From the NCBI GenBank assembly GCA_030432155.1, contig JAUIHQ010000002.1, positions 1 to 51,250 on the forward strand: a stretch of DNA of 51,250 bases, read 5' to 3'. The notes below the pieces were generated by a model. That model was not told the origin of the DNA. It saw only the letters and a program-made list of their open reading frames with translations, and ran no database searches. This DNA comes from a bacterium. Lineage in GTDB: Bacteria > Verrucomicrobiota > Kiritimatiellia > CAIVKH01. Shown here piece by piece: positions 27,941-37,469 of this stretch. Numbering within the stretch: the stretch's first letter is position 1; each line of letters begins with the position of its first letter. A program made the translations under genes and the position numbers.

Positions 27941-29266
27941 ATGATTTGTTTCCGCCATCTTGTGTTCACACTCCTCGCGATCGGCATCGGCTCTCTTTCC
28001 GCATCGGCCTGGGAACTGACGGACGCTCTCGACCAGCAGGGTGATGCTTTGTGGTCCATGACGCCTGATGATTTCATGAACCGCTATCGTGAGGATGACT
28101 TCCGCTGGACCTCGCAGTCACGTCGAACCGCCCGGGCCTTTCGATCGTCGACCACGGTGTTCGGGGAAACGTCGGTGGAGGTGCTGGCGAAATTCGGCGA
28201 CCGCGGCATGACTGCCCTCGGGGCGTCGGTCTACAACCGGGGCGATATGGGTCATCTTTCGTTCGACCGGTATGAATCGACAATCCAATCGCTCCGGACA
28301 TCGCTGGACAGCCGGTTCGGTCCCGGAACCGAGCTTGACGACCAGTTGAAGTCCGCCGGGGTGAAACGCGATGCATGGTACTGGAAGAAGGGCGCCACCC
28401 AGGCCAGGTTGCTGACCAGCTACTCCACCCGTTTTGGTCAGGCCGGTGAAGACCGTCCGGAATACATTCGCGTGATCCTTGAACCATACGACAAAGCGGC
28501 CGATCCTACCCTTGCCATTAATCGTTTGCGTCTCCGCGACAAGGCGAACGAAGTATCCACATCGTCCCTTCGCGAGCGGGTGGTGCGGGAGGCCGACGGC
28601 GATGTGTTTATCGAAGGCATTCCCATGGTTGATCAGGGCGATAAGGGGTACTGCGCGGTGGCAACGACCGCCCGGATACTCCAATACTACGGGATGCCCG
28701 GCGACCAGCACGAGCTGGCCCAGCTTGTGAACACCACCGCCGGCGGGGGAACCAATCCCGAGGTCATGCTCGATACAATGAAAATGATCGGCTCAAAACT
28801 CGACTGCAAGGTCCGCGTCCTCGAAGCATATGATGTGGATGATTATCTGAAGCTGATCGACCGTTACAACCGGGAAGCCAGGCGGGAGGACCGCCGGGAG
28901 ATTCAGACCGGACGCATGATTCACATTTCCTCAATCTATTCGAACATGGATCCATCCCTGCTGCGTGATGTCCGGTTGAAGAGTAGGGGGGATTTCAAGC
29001 GGTTCATCGATGACATCGAGGAATCGGTCGCCGAAGGCATTCCTCTTTCCTGGAGCGTGATTGTCGGTATCGTTGACGAGAATCCTCCAATCACCGGCGC
29101 CGGCGGGCATTTGCGCCTGATCATCGGCCACAATCCAAAAACCGGCGAGGTTCTCTATTCCGATACATGGGGCCGGGGGCATGAGAAAAAACGAATGAAG
29201 GCCGAGGATGCCTGGATGATCACCACCGGCCTGTATCGCGTGGAACCCCGTTACACGACCCGATAG
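27941..29266 (+). CDS. Secreted protein with a C-terminal C39-like/papain-like cysteine peptidase domain.
   Basis: Signal MICFRHLVFTLLAIGIGSLSASA. DQGDKGYCAVATTARILQYYG (Cys motif) and GGHLRLIIGHN (His motif). Confidence 0.6.
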   Translation: MICFRHLVFTLLAIGIGSLSASAWELTDALDQQGDALWSMTPDDFMNRYREDDFRWTSQSRRTARAFRSSTTVFGETSVEVLAKFGDRGMTALGASVYNRGDMGHLSFDRYESTIQSLRTSLDSRFGPGTELDDQLKSAGVKRDAWYWKKGATQARLLTSYSTRFGQAGEDRPEYIRVILEPYDKAADPTLAINRLRLRDKANEVSTSSLRERVVREADGDVFIEGIPMVDQGDKGYCAVATTARILQYYGMPGDQHELAQLVNTTAGGGTNPEVMLDTMKMIGSKLDCKVRVLEAYDVDDYLKLIDRYNREARREDRREIQTGRMIHISSIYSNMDPSLLRDVRLKSRGDFKRFIDDIEESVAEGIPLSWSVIVGIVDENPPITGAGGHLRLIIGHNPKTGEVLYSDTWGRGHEKKRMKAEDAWMITTGLYRVEPRYTTR

Positions 29267-29495
29267 GGCGGTTTCAAAAAGTCGTAGCCGCTCATCTCGC
29301 ACTCGTGCACATAGTCGTACACGCGATCCCCCGATCCGTGTGTTTAAGTAGGTGTACGAGTAAGGTCGAAGTCGCCAATGAAAAGGATACGGATTTATTT
29401 AAACCACCCTCGATCGATCCGGGTGACTCTTCAGACAACGCGGCCTGCTTTCATACCATCAACCATGTGAAAGCCCCCCCCGCAGCATCACGCAT

Positions 29496-29558
29496 CCCAC
29501 AACCCGAAACGCGCATCCCGCATCTCGAATCCCGTATCCCGTAACCCGTATCCCGCCC
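29496..29558 (-). repeat. Degenerate heptamer array (CCCRYAW-type), G-rich on the minus strand.
   Basis: 7-bp phased units CCCACAA CCCGAAA CGCGCAT CCCGCAT CTCGAAT CCCGTAT CCCGTAA CCCGTAT CCCG, ending at the stop codon of the minus-strand gene (29559). Confidence 0.6.
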
Positions 29559-29873
29559 CTATTCCCCCTCCACCGGCGGTTCATACTCCGGGTCGGGGGC
29601 GTTGGTCCGGGCGGCGGAGGGCAGGCCTTCGAGAACGGCCGGGTAGTTCATGCGGAAGGTTGTGTCATAGCGATAGCGCGTGGCGCTGGACAGGGCGACC
29701 CACTTGTAGGTCTTTTCCTGTCCTTCGACAACCAGCACCAGACCGTCGTCCTGAATTTCCTTCACCTCGCCGCGGATTCGTACCCCGTTGATGAGATAGA
29801 TATCGGCCGCGAATCCTGCCGAGAGGACAAGCATCCATATCATCATGACGTGCCGAATCAATTTGCTCATCAT
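29559..29873 (-). CDS. Small secreted hypothetical protein.
   Basis: MMSKLIRHVMMIWMLVLSAGFA signal-like N-terminus and about 80 aa mature; no recognisable family. Confidence 0.5.
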   Translation of the reverse strand: MMSKLIRHVMMIWMLVLSAGFAADIYLINGVRIRGEVKEIQDDGLVLVVEGQEKTYKWVALSSATRYRYDTTFRMNYPAVLEGLPSAARTNAPDPEYEPPVEGE

Positions 29874-29923
29874 GACCGAAAGGGTAGCGGAAACCGAAAG
29901 GTCAGGCAATCTGTTCCGGTTGG

Positions 29924-30880
29924 TTATGATGGCTGATGAGGTTCGAGCACCCAGCGGCTGTTGAACCAGAAATACTGCTCCGGATGCTCGAGGATGAATG
30001 CAGTCATCCGGTTCATGACATGCGTGGTAAGGCGGATGATTTCTTCGTCACGATGTGCATTCGCATCCGGGTGGATCGGTTCCTCGATGATCCATTGGTG
30101 ACGAGTCCAGCCGATGCGGGTGGTATAGGCATGATAGATCGGCACATTCGCTTTCCACGCGAACAGGGCCATGCCGCCGGCGAGGCTCGCGGTGTGATTC
30201 AGGAACGGCACGTCAATCGCGGTGGCCGGATCTTTCGATCGCAGATCAGGCAGGATGGCCAGCACTTCCCCCTTCTTCAGCCGCCGGATGACTGAACCGA
30301 GAGCCCGGCTGTGCCGTTCCACCACCCCCATGCCAAACCGGGTCCGCATCCGGTTCAGGTACGCATCCGTGAGCGGATTCCGCTGCCGCCGCATCATCGC
30401 GAAGAGCGGCATGCCGTGCAGACTCAACCCGATCCCCGCGAGATCCCAGTTGCCGCTGTGGCATACCGCGACCACCGCCCCGCGTCCCTCGCGGGCACGG
30501 GCAACGAGCTCCTCGTGCCCGGAGCAGGTTGCAATCTTCCAGATATTCTCCTCGGTATAACGGGGGGTCCGCATGAGATCGATGGCGTTAAAGAAAAGGT
30601 TCCGCCAGGCAATCCATACCGCCCGCCGGATCGCCCGGCGGTCCATGCGGTCGCCCATGACCGAAGCCATCCGCCGGCGGGCCTCCACGATTTTCTTCCG
30701 GGCCGGAAGGGATGCGGTACCGGCCAGCAGCCAGCCGATGAATAGCGCTGCCCGGTAGGGAAGGATGGATACAAGGAACGAGACGCCGCGAAGCAGGGCG
30801 TATTCGAGGATATGACGGGGCCGGTGACGCACAAACGGACTATGAAGGAGGCCGGGGGAGGCGGGCAAGTTCTTGATCAA
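29924..30880 (-). CDS. LpxL/HtrB-family lipid A (lysophospholipid) acyltransferase.
   Basis: HX4D motif CHSGNWDL, LPDLR, and a C-terminal EQYFWFNSRW motif typical of lauroyl/myristoyl acyltransferases. Start is TTG 30880 or GTG 30831. Confidence 0.8.
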   Translation of the reverse strand: MIKNLPASPGLLHSPFVRHRPRHILEYALLRGVSFLVSILPYRAALFIGWLLAGTASLPARKKIVEARRRMASVMGDRMDRRAIRRAVWIAWRNLFFNAIDLMRTPRYTEENIWKIATCSGHEELVARAREGRGAVVAVCHSGNWDLAGIGLSLHGMPLFAMMRRQRNPLTDAYLNRMRTRFGMGVVERHSRALGSVIRRLKKGEVLAILPDLRSKDPATAIDVPFLNHTASLAGGMALFAWKANVPIYHAYTTRIGWTRHQWIIEEPIHPDANAHRDEEIIRLTTHVMNRMTAFILEHPEQYFWFNSRWVLEPHQPS

Positions 30881-31541
30881 CCTCCCGGGGTTCTTCCATC
30901 AGCACCCGGAACCCGACATCGCGATCCCGGTAGGTTGCATTCATGAACACCCGGAGATCGACCCGTAGCATTGATGGCGCATCCTCGGCCCAGCTTCCTC
31001 CCATGATCATCGGCTCCCCATCGTCGCCACGACACCATTCCGCGACATTTCCCGCCATGTCAAAAAGCCCGAAGGCATTCGGCGGATACGATGCGACCCG
31101 AGCCGGGCCCGAGGCATCGAACACGCAGCGATTCGACCAGCTCCCCCACCCCCAAGGAAACGGCGCTCCGAATATGCCGCCGCGAGAGGCCCGTTCCCAT
31201 TCGCCGGCCGTCGGCAACCGCACGGTTTGACCCGATTCCTTCCCGAGCCATTCACAGTAGGCTTCCGCCTCGCTGATATCGATTCCGGTGACCGGGTCGC
31301 GGGGATGACCGGCCATCGGTTCCCGCCCGGTTGCTTCACAGTACCGGTTGAACTGATCCACCGTGACCTCCGTCGCCGAAAGGCGAAACGTGTTTTCATC
31401 CTCCGAGCGGGGGATAAGGCGGGAAGGGTATTCCGCAACCCGGCCGGACAGGACGCCCGCCGCGACGGCCAGGACCAGCAGGAGACCGGCAACGTAACGT
31501 TTTACCTCTCGGAAAATCCTCGTTTTGAAAAGGTTCATCAT
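30840..31541 (-). CDS. Formylglycine-generating-enzyme (SUMF1/FGE-sulfatase) domain protein, membrane-anchored.
   Basis: TEVTVDQFNRYC, RLPTAGEWERA, NAFGLFDMAGNVAEWC, GGSW, GFRV. Confidence 0.85.
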   Translation of the reverse strand: MMNLFKTRIFREVKRYVAGLLLVLAVAAGVLSGRVAEYPSRLIPRSEDENTFRLSATEVTVDQFNRYCEATGREPMAGHPRDPVTGIDISEAEAYCEWLGKESGQTVRLPTAGEWERASRGGIFGAPFPWGWGSWSNRCVFDASGPARVASYPPNAFGLFDMAGNVAEWCRGDDGEPMIMGGSWAEDAPSMLRVDLRVFMNATYRDRDVGFRVLMEEPREVDQELARLPRPPS

Positions 31542-31555
31542 GTGCGGATAACTTT

Positions 31556-31585
31556 TTGACAGGGAATGATCGGATTGACTAGTAT
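31556..31585 (+). promoter_or_regulatory. Possible sigma70-type promoter for the 31635 gene.
   Basis: TTGACA (31556-31561), an 18-nt spacer, then TAGTAT (31580-31585), about 50 nt upstream of the ATG. Confidence 0.3.
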
Positions 31586-31634
31586 TTCCGCGCACGGATC
31601 ATCAATTCGGATTAAACTCAAGGCAGGTGGCGTA

Positions 31635-32408
31635 ATGGATGAACTCGCACCGATAGTCATATTGGCCGTTTCGGTACTCGGCGTCGTGATCATGGCGATC
31701 GTGGTCGCCAAACTGGTATCTCTTTCCAAAGTTGTGGAGCGTCTTACCGAGCAATTACCCGGAACCGGCATGACCGCGAAGGAACTGGCGGATGAACTCG
31801 GCGGGAAAATTGATGAATCCTTCAAGAACTACCTGCCTCAGCCGGACAAGGTTTCCAGCGCGATCACCAGCTCGGTCGAACAGTCCGTAAAATCCGCTGC
31901 AACCAACGTGGAGGGCCTCCACAAGAAACTCCTGGATAGTCAGGACGCGCTTCTCGACAAGCTCATGGCGCATGAAAAGGACACGGTCAGCGGTCTCGAA
32001 GCCGCTCAGAAAGCCCTGTCCGGCGCAGCGACGCAGCTCGCGGCGGGGCTGGATACCGGATCCCAGAAGCTGAATGCATCGTTTGACACCGGCGCGGGTA
32101 AGCTCGTTTCCGCGTTGAATGAAAGCGCCAGCGGCATCCAGTCAGCGATGAACGATCACGCGGTGAAACTCGGCCAGGCGGTGGACACGCTTTCCAAGCA
32201 GCTCGATAAGATCGCGAAACTTGAGGAAGAAATCCAGAAGGTGCTGCACCTCCAGCAGGTGACGGATGAGACCATGAAGTCGGTTTCGTCCAGCGTCCAG
32301 TTCGGAGAGCTGGTTTCGACCCTCAAGGATCACCTCACCAAGTCGGACAAGCTGATCGAGGAAGCCACCCGGCCTCGTACGATCCGCCTCGTCGAAAGCG
32401 AATCCTGA
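31635..32408 (+). CDS. Membrane-anchored helical-repeat (coiled-coil/apolipoprotein-like) hypothetical protein.
   Basis: TM MDELAPIVILAVSVLGVVIMAIVVA, followed by about 230 aa of A/S/K/L/Q-rich amphipathic helical sequence. Confidence 0.6.
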   Translation: MDELAPIVILAVSVLGVVIMAIVVAKLVSLSKVVERLTEQLPGTGMTAKELADELGGKIDESFKNYLPQPDKVSSAITSSVEQSVKSAATNVEGLHKKLLDSQDALLDKLMAHEKDTVSGLEAAQKALSGAATQLAAGLDTGSQKLNASFDTGAGKLVSALNESASGIQSAMNDHAVKLGQAVDTLSKQLDKIAKLEEEIQKVLHLQQVTDETMKSVSSSVQFGELVSTLKDHLTKSDKLIEEATRPRTIRLVESES

Positions 32409-32473
32409 CCGTCGGTCCATCGTCCGGACAACCGGCATAGACCTGAACCGGATGTTCATGGTACACTCCGGCC

Positions 32474-33244
32474 ATGTTCTCCGCCGATACCCATGTGCAC
32501 GTATATCCGTGCTATGACCTGGACAGGTTTCTCCGGAACGCCCGGACCGGACTTCTCGCTGCCGGCCACCCCGCCCTTCTCTGTCTGACCGAACGGCATG
32601 ACTGCCGTTTTTTCCAGGATCTTGCCGGCGGAACCGTGAATCTTCCCGGGGGATACCGGGTGGAAGCCAGCGGTGAGGCCGAGGCGGTTTCGATTGTTCA
32701 TGACGATGGCGACCGGTTGTTTGTCGTTGCCGGACGGCAGATCGTGACCGCGGAAAAGATCGAAGTGCTGGCCCTCACCCGAGACCTGGAACTCAAGGAC
32801 GGCAAACCGGTCCGGACGGTTCTCGACGACATTCTTCACCAGGGCGGGATTCCGGTTCTGAGCTGGGCCCCCGGCAAGTGGATGTTCAAGCGGGGGCGGA
32901 TCATCGATAAACTGATTGAAACCTGCTCCCACGATTACTTTCTTCTCGGGGATACCTCCCTGCGGCCCACCGTCTGGCCGACCCCGCGCTTGATGAAACT
33001 CGGCCGCAAACTAGGGTTTCGAACCGTCTACGGCTCCGATCCCCTTCCGGTTCCCGGCGACGAAGAGCAGGTTGCGTCCTACCGCACCCTGTTCCATGCC
33101 GACTTCCGTCCCGAGCTCCCCGCATCCTCCCTGCGCTACGCCCTTACCCATGCCTCGGTACAAACCGAACCGCTCGGTTCGCGGGGGACCGCGGCGACGG
33201 TGTGGAAACGTCTGCGGGCGAATGAGGCTGTTCGGAGAGGATAA
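32474..33244 (+). CDS. Hypothetical protein with an N-terminal DTHVH metal-binding-like motif (PHP/amidohydrolase-like).
   Basis: MFSADTHVHVYP start. 256-aa ORF with coding-like composition; the family call is weak. Confidence 0.5.
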   Translation: MFSADTHVHVYPCYDLDRFLRNARTGLLAAGHPALLCLTERHDCRFFQDLAGGTVNLPGGYRVEASGEAEAVSIVHDDGDRLFVVAGRQIVTAEKIEVLALTRDLELKDGKPVRTVLDDILHQGGIPVLSWAPGKWMFKRGRIIDKLIETCSHDYFLLGDTSLRPTVWPTPRLMKLGRKLGFRTVYGSDPLPVPGDEEQVASYRTLFHADFRPELPASSLRYALTHASVQTEPLGSRGTAATVWKRLRANEAVRRG

Positions 33245-33388
33245 GACTTGCCCCCCGCGGATGCTCGTGGAGCAGCCCGTCTCGGAAAACCCTGAGATTC
33301 ATCAGGAAGGCAGGCCCGAAACCCGAAACCTGACACCTTAAATCATACCATTCCTTCCCGGCCGGACTTCTGGTAGATTGTCCGGGCC

Positions 33389-34588
33389 ATGCACGATGTG
33401 GAGGACAAACCGGGACGGATTCTGATGGTGACATCCCTCCCCTATTTTCAATGGCGCGGGTCGCCGATCCGGATCGGATTCAACCTCCTGGCCGCAGTGA
33501 AGAACGGATATGAGGTGGACCTGCTCACCCTTCCGGTGGGCGAGGACAAGCCGGTCGACGGCGTACGCATCCTGCGGGTCGCCAATCCCTTCAACGTCAC
33601 CAACATTCCCATCGGCCCGTCGTTTCACAAGCTGGTGTTCGACATGCTGCTTCTTGTCCGTGCGGTCGGCCTCGCCCGGAGGAACCGGTACCGCATCGTC
33701 CATGGTTTCGAGGACACCGGTCTTGTCGCGTGGATCGCAGCGAAGGTATGCGGAGCGAAAACGGTATTTGAAAAGCATTCGGATCCGGCATCTCATCGCG
33801 ACAAGCCTCTGAAGAATCTCATCCTCATGCTCTACCGCTGGGTGGAGAAGCGGGCCATGCGGCGTGCCGATGCGATCATCGGGACCGGAGAAAGTCTATG
33901 CGATATGGCCCGCGCCGCCGCACCCGGCAAGCCGGTGCATCATATCTTTGATATCCCGTCGTCGCTGGTCGAACCCGATCCGGATGAAGCGCAGACCATC
34001 CGGCAGTCGCTTCAGGCTTCCCCGGACGAAGTTCTCGCCCTGTATGTCGGCTCGTTCGCGGTGTACCAAGGTCTCGATCTGATGTTCAAAGCCATGCCCT
34101 ACGTGGTGAAGCGCCATCCCCATGTCCGCTTCATCATCATCGGGGGAACCGACGGGGAGATCGAGGAGCGCCGGCTCTGGCTTCGCAACAACGGGATGGA
34201 AGACCGGGTAACGTTTCCCGGCAAGGTGCCGCCGGACCGGCTTCCTCATTATCTCGCGGCCGCGGATATACTGCTTTCGCCCCGCAGTTCCGGAGTCAAC
34301 ACGCCGCTCAAACTCCTGGATTACATGAAAGCGGCCCGGCCGATCGTCGCCACCGACAACCCCGCCAACCGGAAGATTCTCGATGATTCCTTCGCCATTC
34401 TCGTGGAACCCCATCCGCCGGCGTTTGCCGACGGTATTTCCCATCTCGCCGGCGACGAGGATCTTCGGCTCCGTTTCGGGGCCAACGGGCGTCAGCTTAT
34501 GGATGAAACATTCAATTTCGAGGAATTTGCCCGGCGGCTGGGCCGGTGTTATGCTGAAGTCGCCGGTGCTCCGGAAACAGAATCTTAA
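33389..34588 (+). CDS. GT4 (GT-B fold) glycosyltransferase.
   Basis: ILMVTS...; C-terminal half FIIIGGTDGE, FPGKVP, ADILLSPRSSGVNTPLKLLDYMKAARPIVATD (E-x7-E-like region). Confidence 0.85.
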   Translation: MHDVEDKPGRILMVTSLPYFQWRGSPIRIGFNLLAAVKNGYEVDLLTLPVGEDKPVDGVRILRVANPFNVTNIPIGPSFHKLVFDMLLLVRAVGLARRNRYRIVHGFEDTGLVAWIAAKVCGAKTVFEKHSDPASHRDKPLKNLILMLYRWVEKRAMRRADAIIGTGESLCDMARAAAPGKPVHHIFDIPSSLVEPDPDEAQTIRQSLQASPDEVLALYVGSFAVYQGLDLMFKAMPYVVKRHPHVRFIIIGGTDGEIEERRLWLRNNGMEDRVTFPGKVPPDRLPHYLAAADILLSPRSSGVNTPLKLLDYMKAARPIVATDNPANRKILDDSFAILVEPHPPAFADGISHLAGDEDLRLRFGANGRQLMDETFNFEEFARRLGRCYAEVAGAPETES

Positions 34589-34673
34589 TACCTCATGGCT
34601 GGATTTAACCAAGCCGGTCAGGGTAGGATAAAACGATTTCCTCGGTGCATGCGTTAAACGAATACAATACCCG

Positions 34674-37469
34674 ATGCTTGTTTCTCGTTCATACAGACGG
34701 ACAGTTGTGCTGCTCCTCTGGGCGGCCGTTCTCGGCCTCAGGCCGGTTTCGGCTCAGGAAGGCATGGGGCCGGATGAAGTGTACCAGCTCGGGCTGACCC
34801 ACTTTACGTCCGGCAAATTTGCCGATGCCATACCGAACTTCGAGTATCTCATCGACATCTTCGGTAATGAACCTTCTCTGCAGGACGTGATCGAAGCCTC
34901 CTATTACGGACTCGGCTGCAGCCAGTACAACATCGGTCAATACACCGAGTCGATCGCGACCTTCCGTGACTACATCAAGAAGTTTCCATCCGCGAAGTTG
35001 CTCGATGAGGCGATGTTCCGGATTGCATCGGCTCACCAGGCTGTCGAGGCCTACGGTGATGCAGTCGACGCCTACCGCGAGCTGCTCGAGAAACAGCCGG
35101 ATTCCCTGTTCGCTGAAGATGCCGCGTTTCAGCTCGCTCTCTGCTACATGGCCGATGAGAATGCTTCCGCCGCCGCGAAGGCCTTCGCCTTTTTCGTCGA
35201 GACGTTTCCCCGATCCGACCTCAAGCCCCAGGCTTACGTGTTCATGGCCCGGTCCCAGCTTGATAACGGCGACTACAAAACCGCTCTCGATACACTGGTC
35301 AAGGTCGGAGAGTACGCCAACCGCTTCGAGCATGTCGTTCATGCAAACTTCATCGCCATGGAGATCGGCGATCTCGCGTTTGAGGATACCGAGTACCGCC
35401 TTGCCCTGAAGGCCTTCCGCCGCGTCCGTACCATGAATTCGCTGATTCGGCTTCAGGAGCGGCAGATCGACCGGACGGAACAGCAGCTTGCCTTTCTTTC
35501 CCGCCAGCGGGTGCGCCCCTCCGAGGTTGCTGAGCATTTCCGCAAGGAGCGGCGGCTGAGGATGTCGCTTTCCACGCTCAAGGACGCGCTTGAACAATTG
35601 AAGGAAACCCCCGACTACGATGCCGGGGTGTTCCACCGGATCGGACGTTGTTTCTACAGCATCGAACGCCTGTGGGAAGCGCGCACGGCCTATCGCCGTG
35701 TGATCGAGGAAGCAGACGATCCGGTGCTTCAGGAAGCGGCCGGGTTCGACCTGATCCTGACCCTGAGCCGGTTGCGCCGGTTTGATGAACTGATTGCCGC
35801 GGCCGATCAGTACCTCGACCGGTTCGGAGACGATCCTGAGCTGATTGAAAAGGGCCGGGTGCCTGCGGTGGCATTCATGCGGGCGGAGTCGTTCCTCAAT
35901 CGCGAAATGTTCGAGGCGTGCGAGACCGAAATGGCCAATCTGATGGAGGTGTATCCCGATCATCCCCGCATGCCGAGGATCCGGTTCTACCATGCGCTTT
36001 CGATGGCGATGCAGGAGAAGTTCAGTGAGGCGATTCCCGCGTTTGAGGAGTGGCTCAAGGATTATCCCGACCACCACGTGGCGTCCGAAGTGTCCTACTG
36101 GCTCCCGGTTTCGATGTTTTATGACAGCCGGTATGAACAGGCCATTCCTTTGCTCGACGCCTATGTGAAAGCCTACCCGATGTCGGTCTACACCCCGGAA
36201 GCGGCGTATCGTTCGGCCTTGTGCAAGTATGCGCTGGAGCGATACGGCGAGGCGGCGGAGGAATTGGATGCATGGCTGATCAACCATCCCGATCACCTGT
36301 TCAAATGGGAGGCCCGGGTGACGCTCGGTGATGCCCTGGCCGCGGAAGGTGAGCTGGAGCGGGCGGAGGAAGCCTACCGCTCGGTCACCGCGGAGGCGGG
36401 GCCGTTGCATTACCTGGCCATCAACCAGCTCAACAAGGTGTACAAGGCGCTGGATAGCGAAGAGGCGTATGTTTCGATGGCCAAGGTGCACATCGATTAC
36501 ATGCAGGCAAACCCGGAATCACCGAACATGGTGGAATCGGCCTTCCACGCGGGGTGGGCGCTCCGGCAGCTCGACCGGTCGGACGAAGCCCGCAGGCTGT
36601 ACTGGCAGACAATCAAGAAGTTCGGCGATCAACGGGACTGGGAAGGATTCCAGAAGCTGTTCGGTGATCTGCCCCTGTTGTACCGCGACGAGCCGGACGG
36701 CCGGTTGTATGCCGACTTTGTCGATGCGATGGAAGAGGCTCGCGAGGAAGGACACCGGGTGCTGCTTGCCCGCCTGGTGAAAGCCGAACTCGACAATCGC
36801 GGACGGGATGAAGCGGAGATCGCCGAGGAAATGCTGCGCCGGTTCCGCATCCAGGAATTCGGTCCTGAACTGCTGGCCTTTCTCGGAAACGCCCTGGTGA
36901 AAAGCGGCGATCCGGCGCAGGGGATGACCTTTCTGGAGTTGCTGCTGGAACAGCATCCGAATTCCATGTTTGCCGATGTCGCCTACGCCCGGAAAGCCGA
37001 AGCCCTGCTGGCGTCGGGCAACAACGAAGAGGCCCTGGCCTACGCGGATATTGCGGTTGCCCGTGCGACCGGGCCGGAACTGATGATGGAAGCGGTGTTT
37101 GTCCAGGGCCGTGCCCTGCAGGCGCTGGGGCGCAACGAGGAGGCGCTGGAGGCATTCCGCAATGTCCTGGCCAGCCGCGCCACCCCCCAGGCGCTGAAGC
37201 CGGAGGCGATGCTGGCCGCCGCGGCCTGTCATGAAGCGATGGATGAAACCGCCAAGGCCATCCCCTATTATCAACGCATTTACGTCATGTACCGCGCCTA
37301 TTCCGACGCCGTGGCGGAAGCCTACATGCGAAGCGCCCGGGCCTTCATCACGCTGCGCGACCGGGCATCCGCGATCAACACCTACCGGGAAATGCTGAAC
37401 ACGGAATCTCTGCAGGGCCGCCCCGAGCTCGAGGCAGCCCGGAAGAAACTTGCGGAGCTGGAGTCATGA
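34674..37469 (+). CDS. Large periplasmic TPR-repeat protein (931 aa), first gene of the ExbBD-VWA operon.
   Basis: Signal MLVSRSYRRTVVLLLWAAVLGLRPVSAQE, then many YbgF-like TPR units (e.g. GKFADAIPNFEYLI, GQYTESIATFRDYIKKFP). Confidence 0.85.
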   Translation: MLVSRSYRRTVVLLLWAAVLGLRPVSAQEGMGPDEVYQLGLTHFTSGKFADAIPNFEYLIDIFGNEPSLQDVIEASYYGLGCSQYNIGQYTESIATFRDYIKKFPSAKLLDEAMFRIASAHQAVEAYGDAVDAYRELLEKQPDSLFAEDAAFQLALCYMADENASAAAKAFAFFVETFPRSDLKPQAYVFMARSQLDNGDYKTALDTLVKVGEYANRFEHVVHANFIAMEIGDLAFEDTEYRLALKAFRRVRTMNSLIRLQERQIDRTEQQLAFLSRQRVRPSEVAEHFRKERRLRMSLSTLKDALEQLKETPDYDAGVFHRIGRCFYSIERLWEARTAYRRVIEEADDPVLQEAAGFDLILTLSRLRRFDELIAAADQYLDRFGDDPELIEKGRVPAVAFMRAESFLNREMFEACETEMANLMEVYPDHPRMPRIRFYHALSMAMQEKFSEAIPAFEEWLKDYPDHHVASEVSYWLPVSMFYDSRYEQAIPLLDAYVKAYPMSVYTPEAAYRSALCKYALERYGEAAEELDAWLINHPDHLFKWEARVTLGDALAAEGELERAEEAYRSVTAEAGPLHYLAINQLNKVYKALDSEEAYVSMAKVHIDYMQANPESPNMVESAFHAGWALRQLDRSDEARRLYWQTIKKFGDQRDWEGFQKLFGDLPLLYRDEPDGRLYADFVDAMEEAREEGHRVLLARLVKAELDNRGRDEAEIAEEMLRRFRIQEFGPELLAFLGNALVKSGDPAQGMTFLELLLEQHPNSMFADVAYARKAEALLASGNNEEALAYADIAVARATGPELMMEAVFVQGRALQALGRNEEALEAFRNVLASRATPQALKPEAMLAAAACHEAMDETAKAIPYYQRIYVMYRAYSDAVAEAYMRSARAFITLRDRASAINTYREMLNTESLQGRPELEAARKKLAELES

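Noticed and set aside
29305-29544. 79-aa plus-strand ORF in the convergent spacer.
   Set aside because: It reads through the degenerate heptamer array (RIPQPETRIPHLESRIP) and has no start context. Most likely non-coding.
34689-36491. 600-aa minus-strand ORF antisense to the large TPR gene.
   Set aside because: The composition is R/G/H/P-rich with no motifs. The sense frame has a signal peptide and clear TPR units. This is a typical high-GC shadow ORF.
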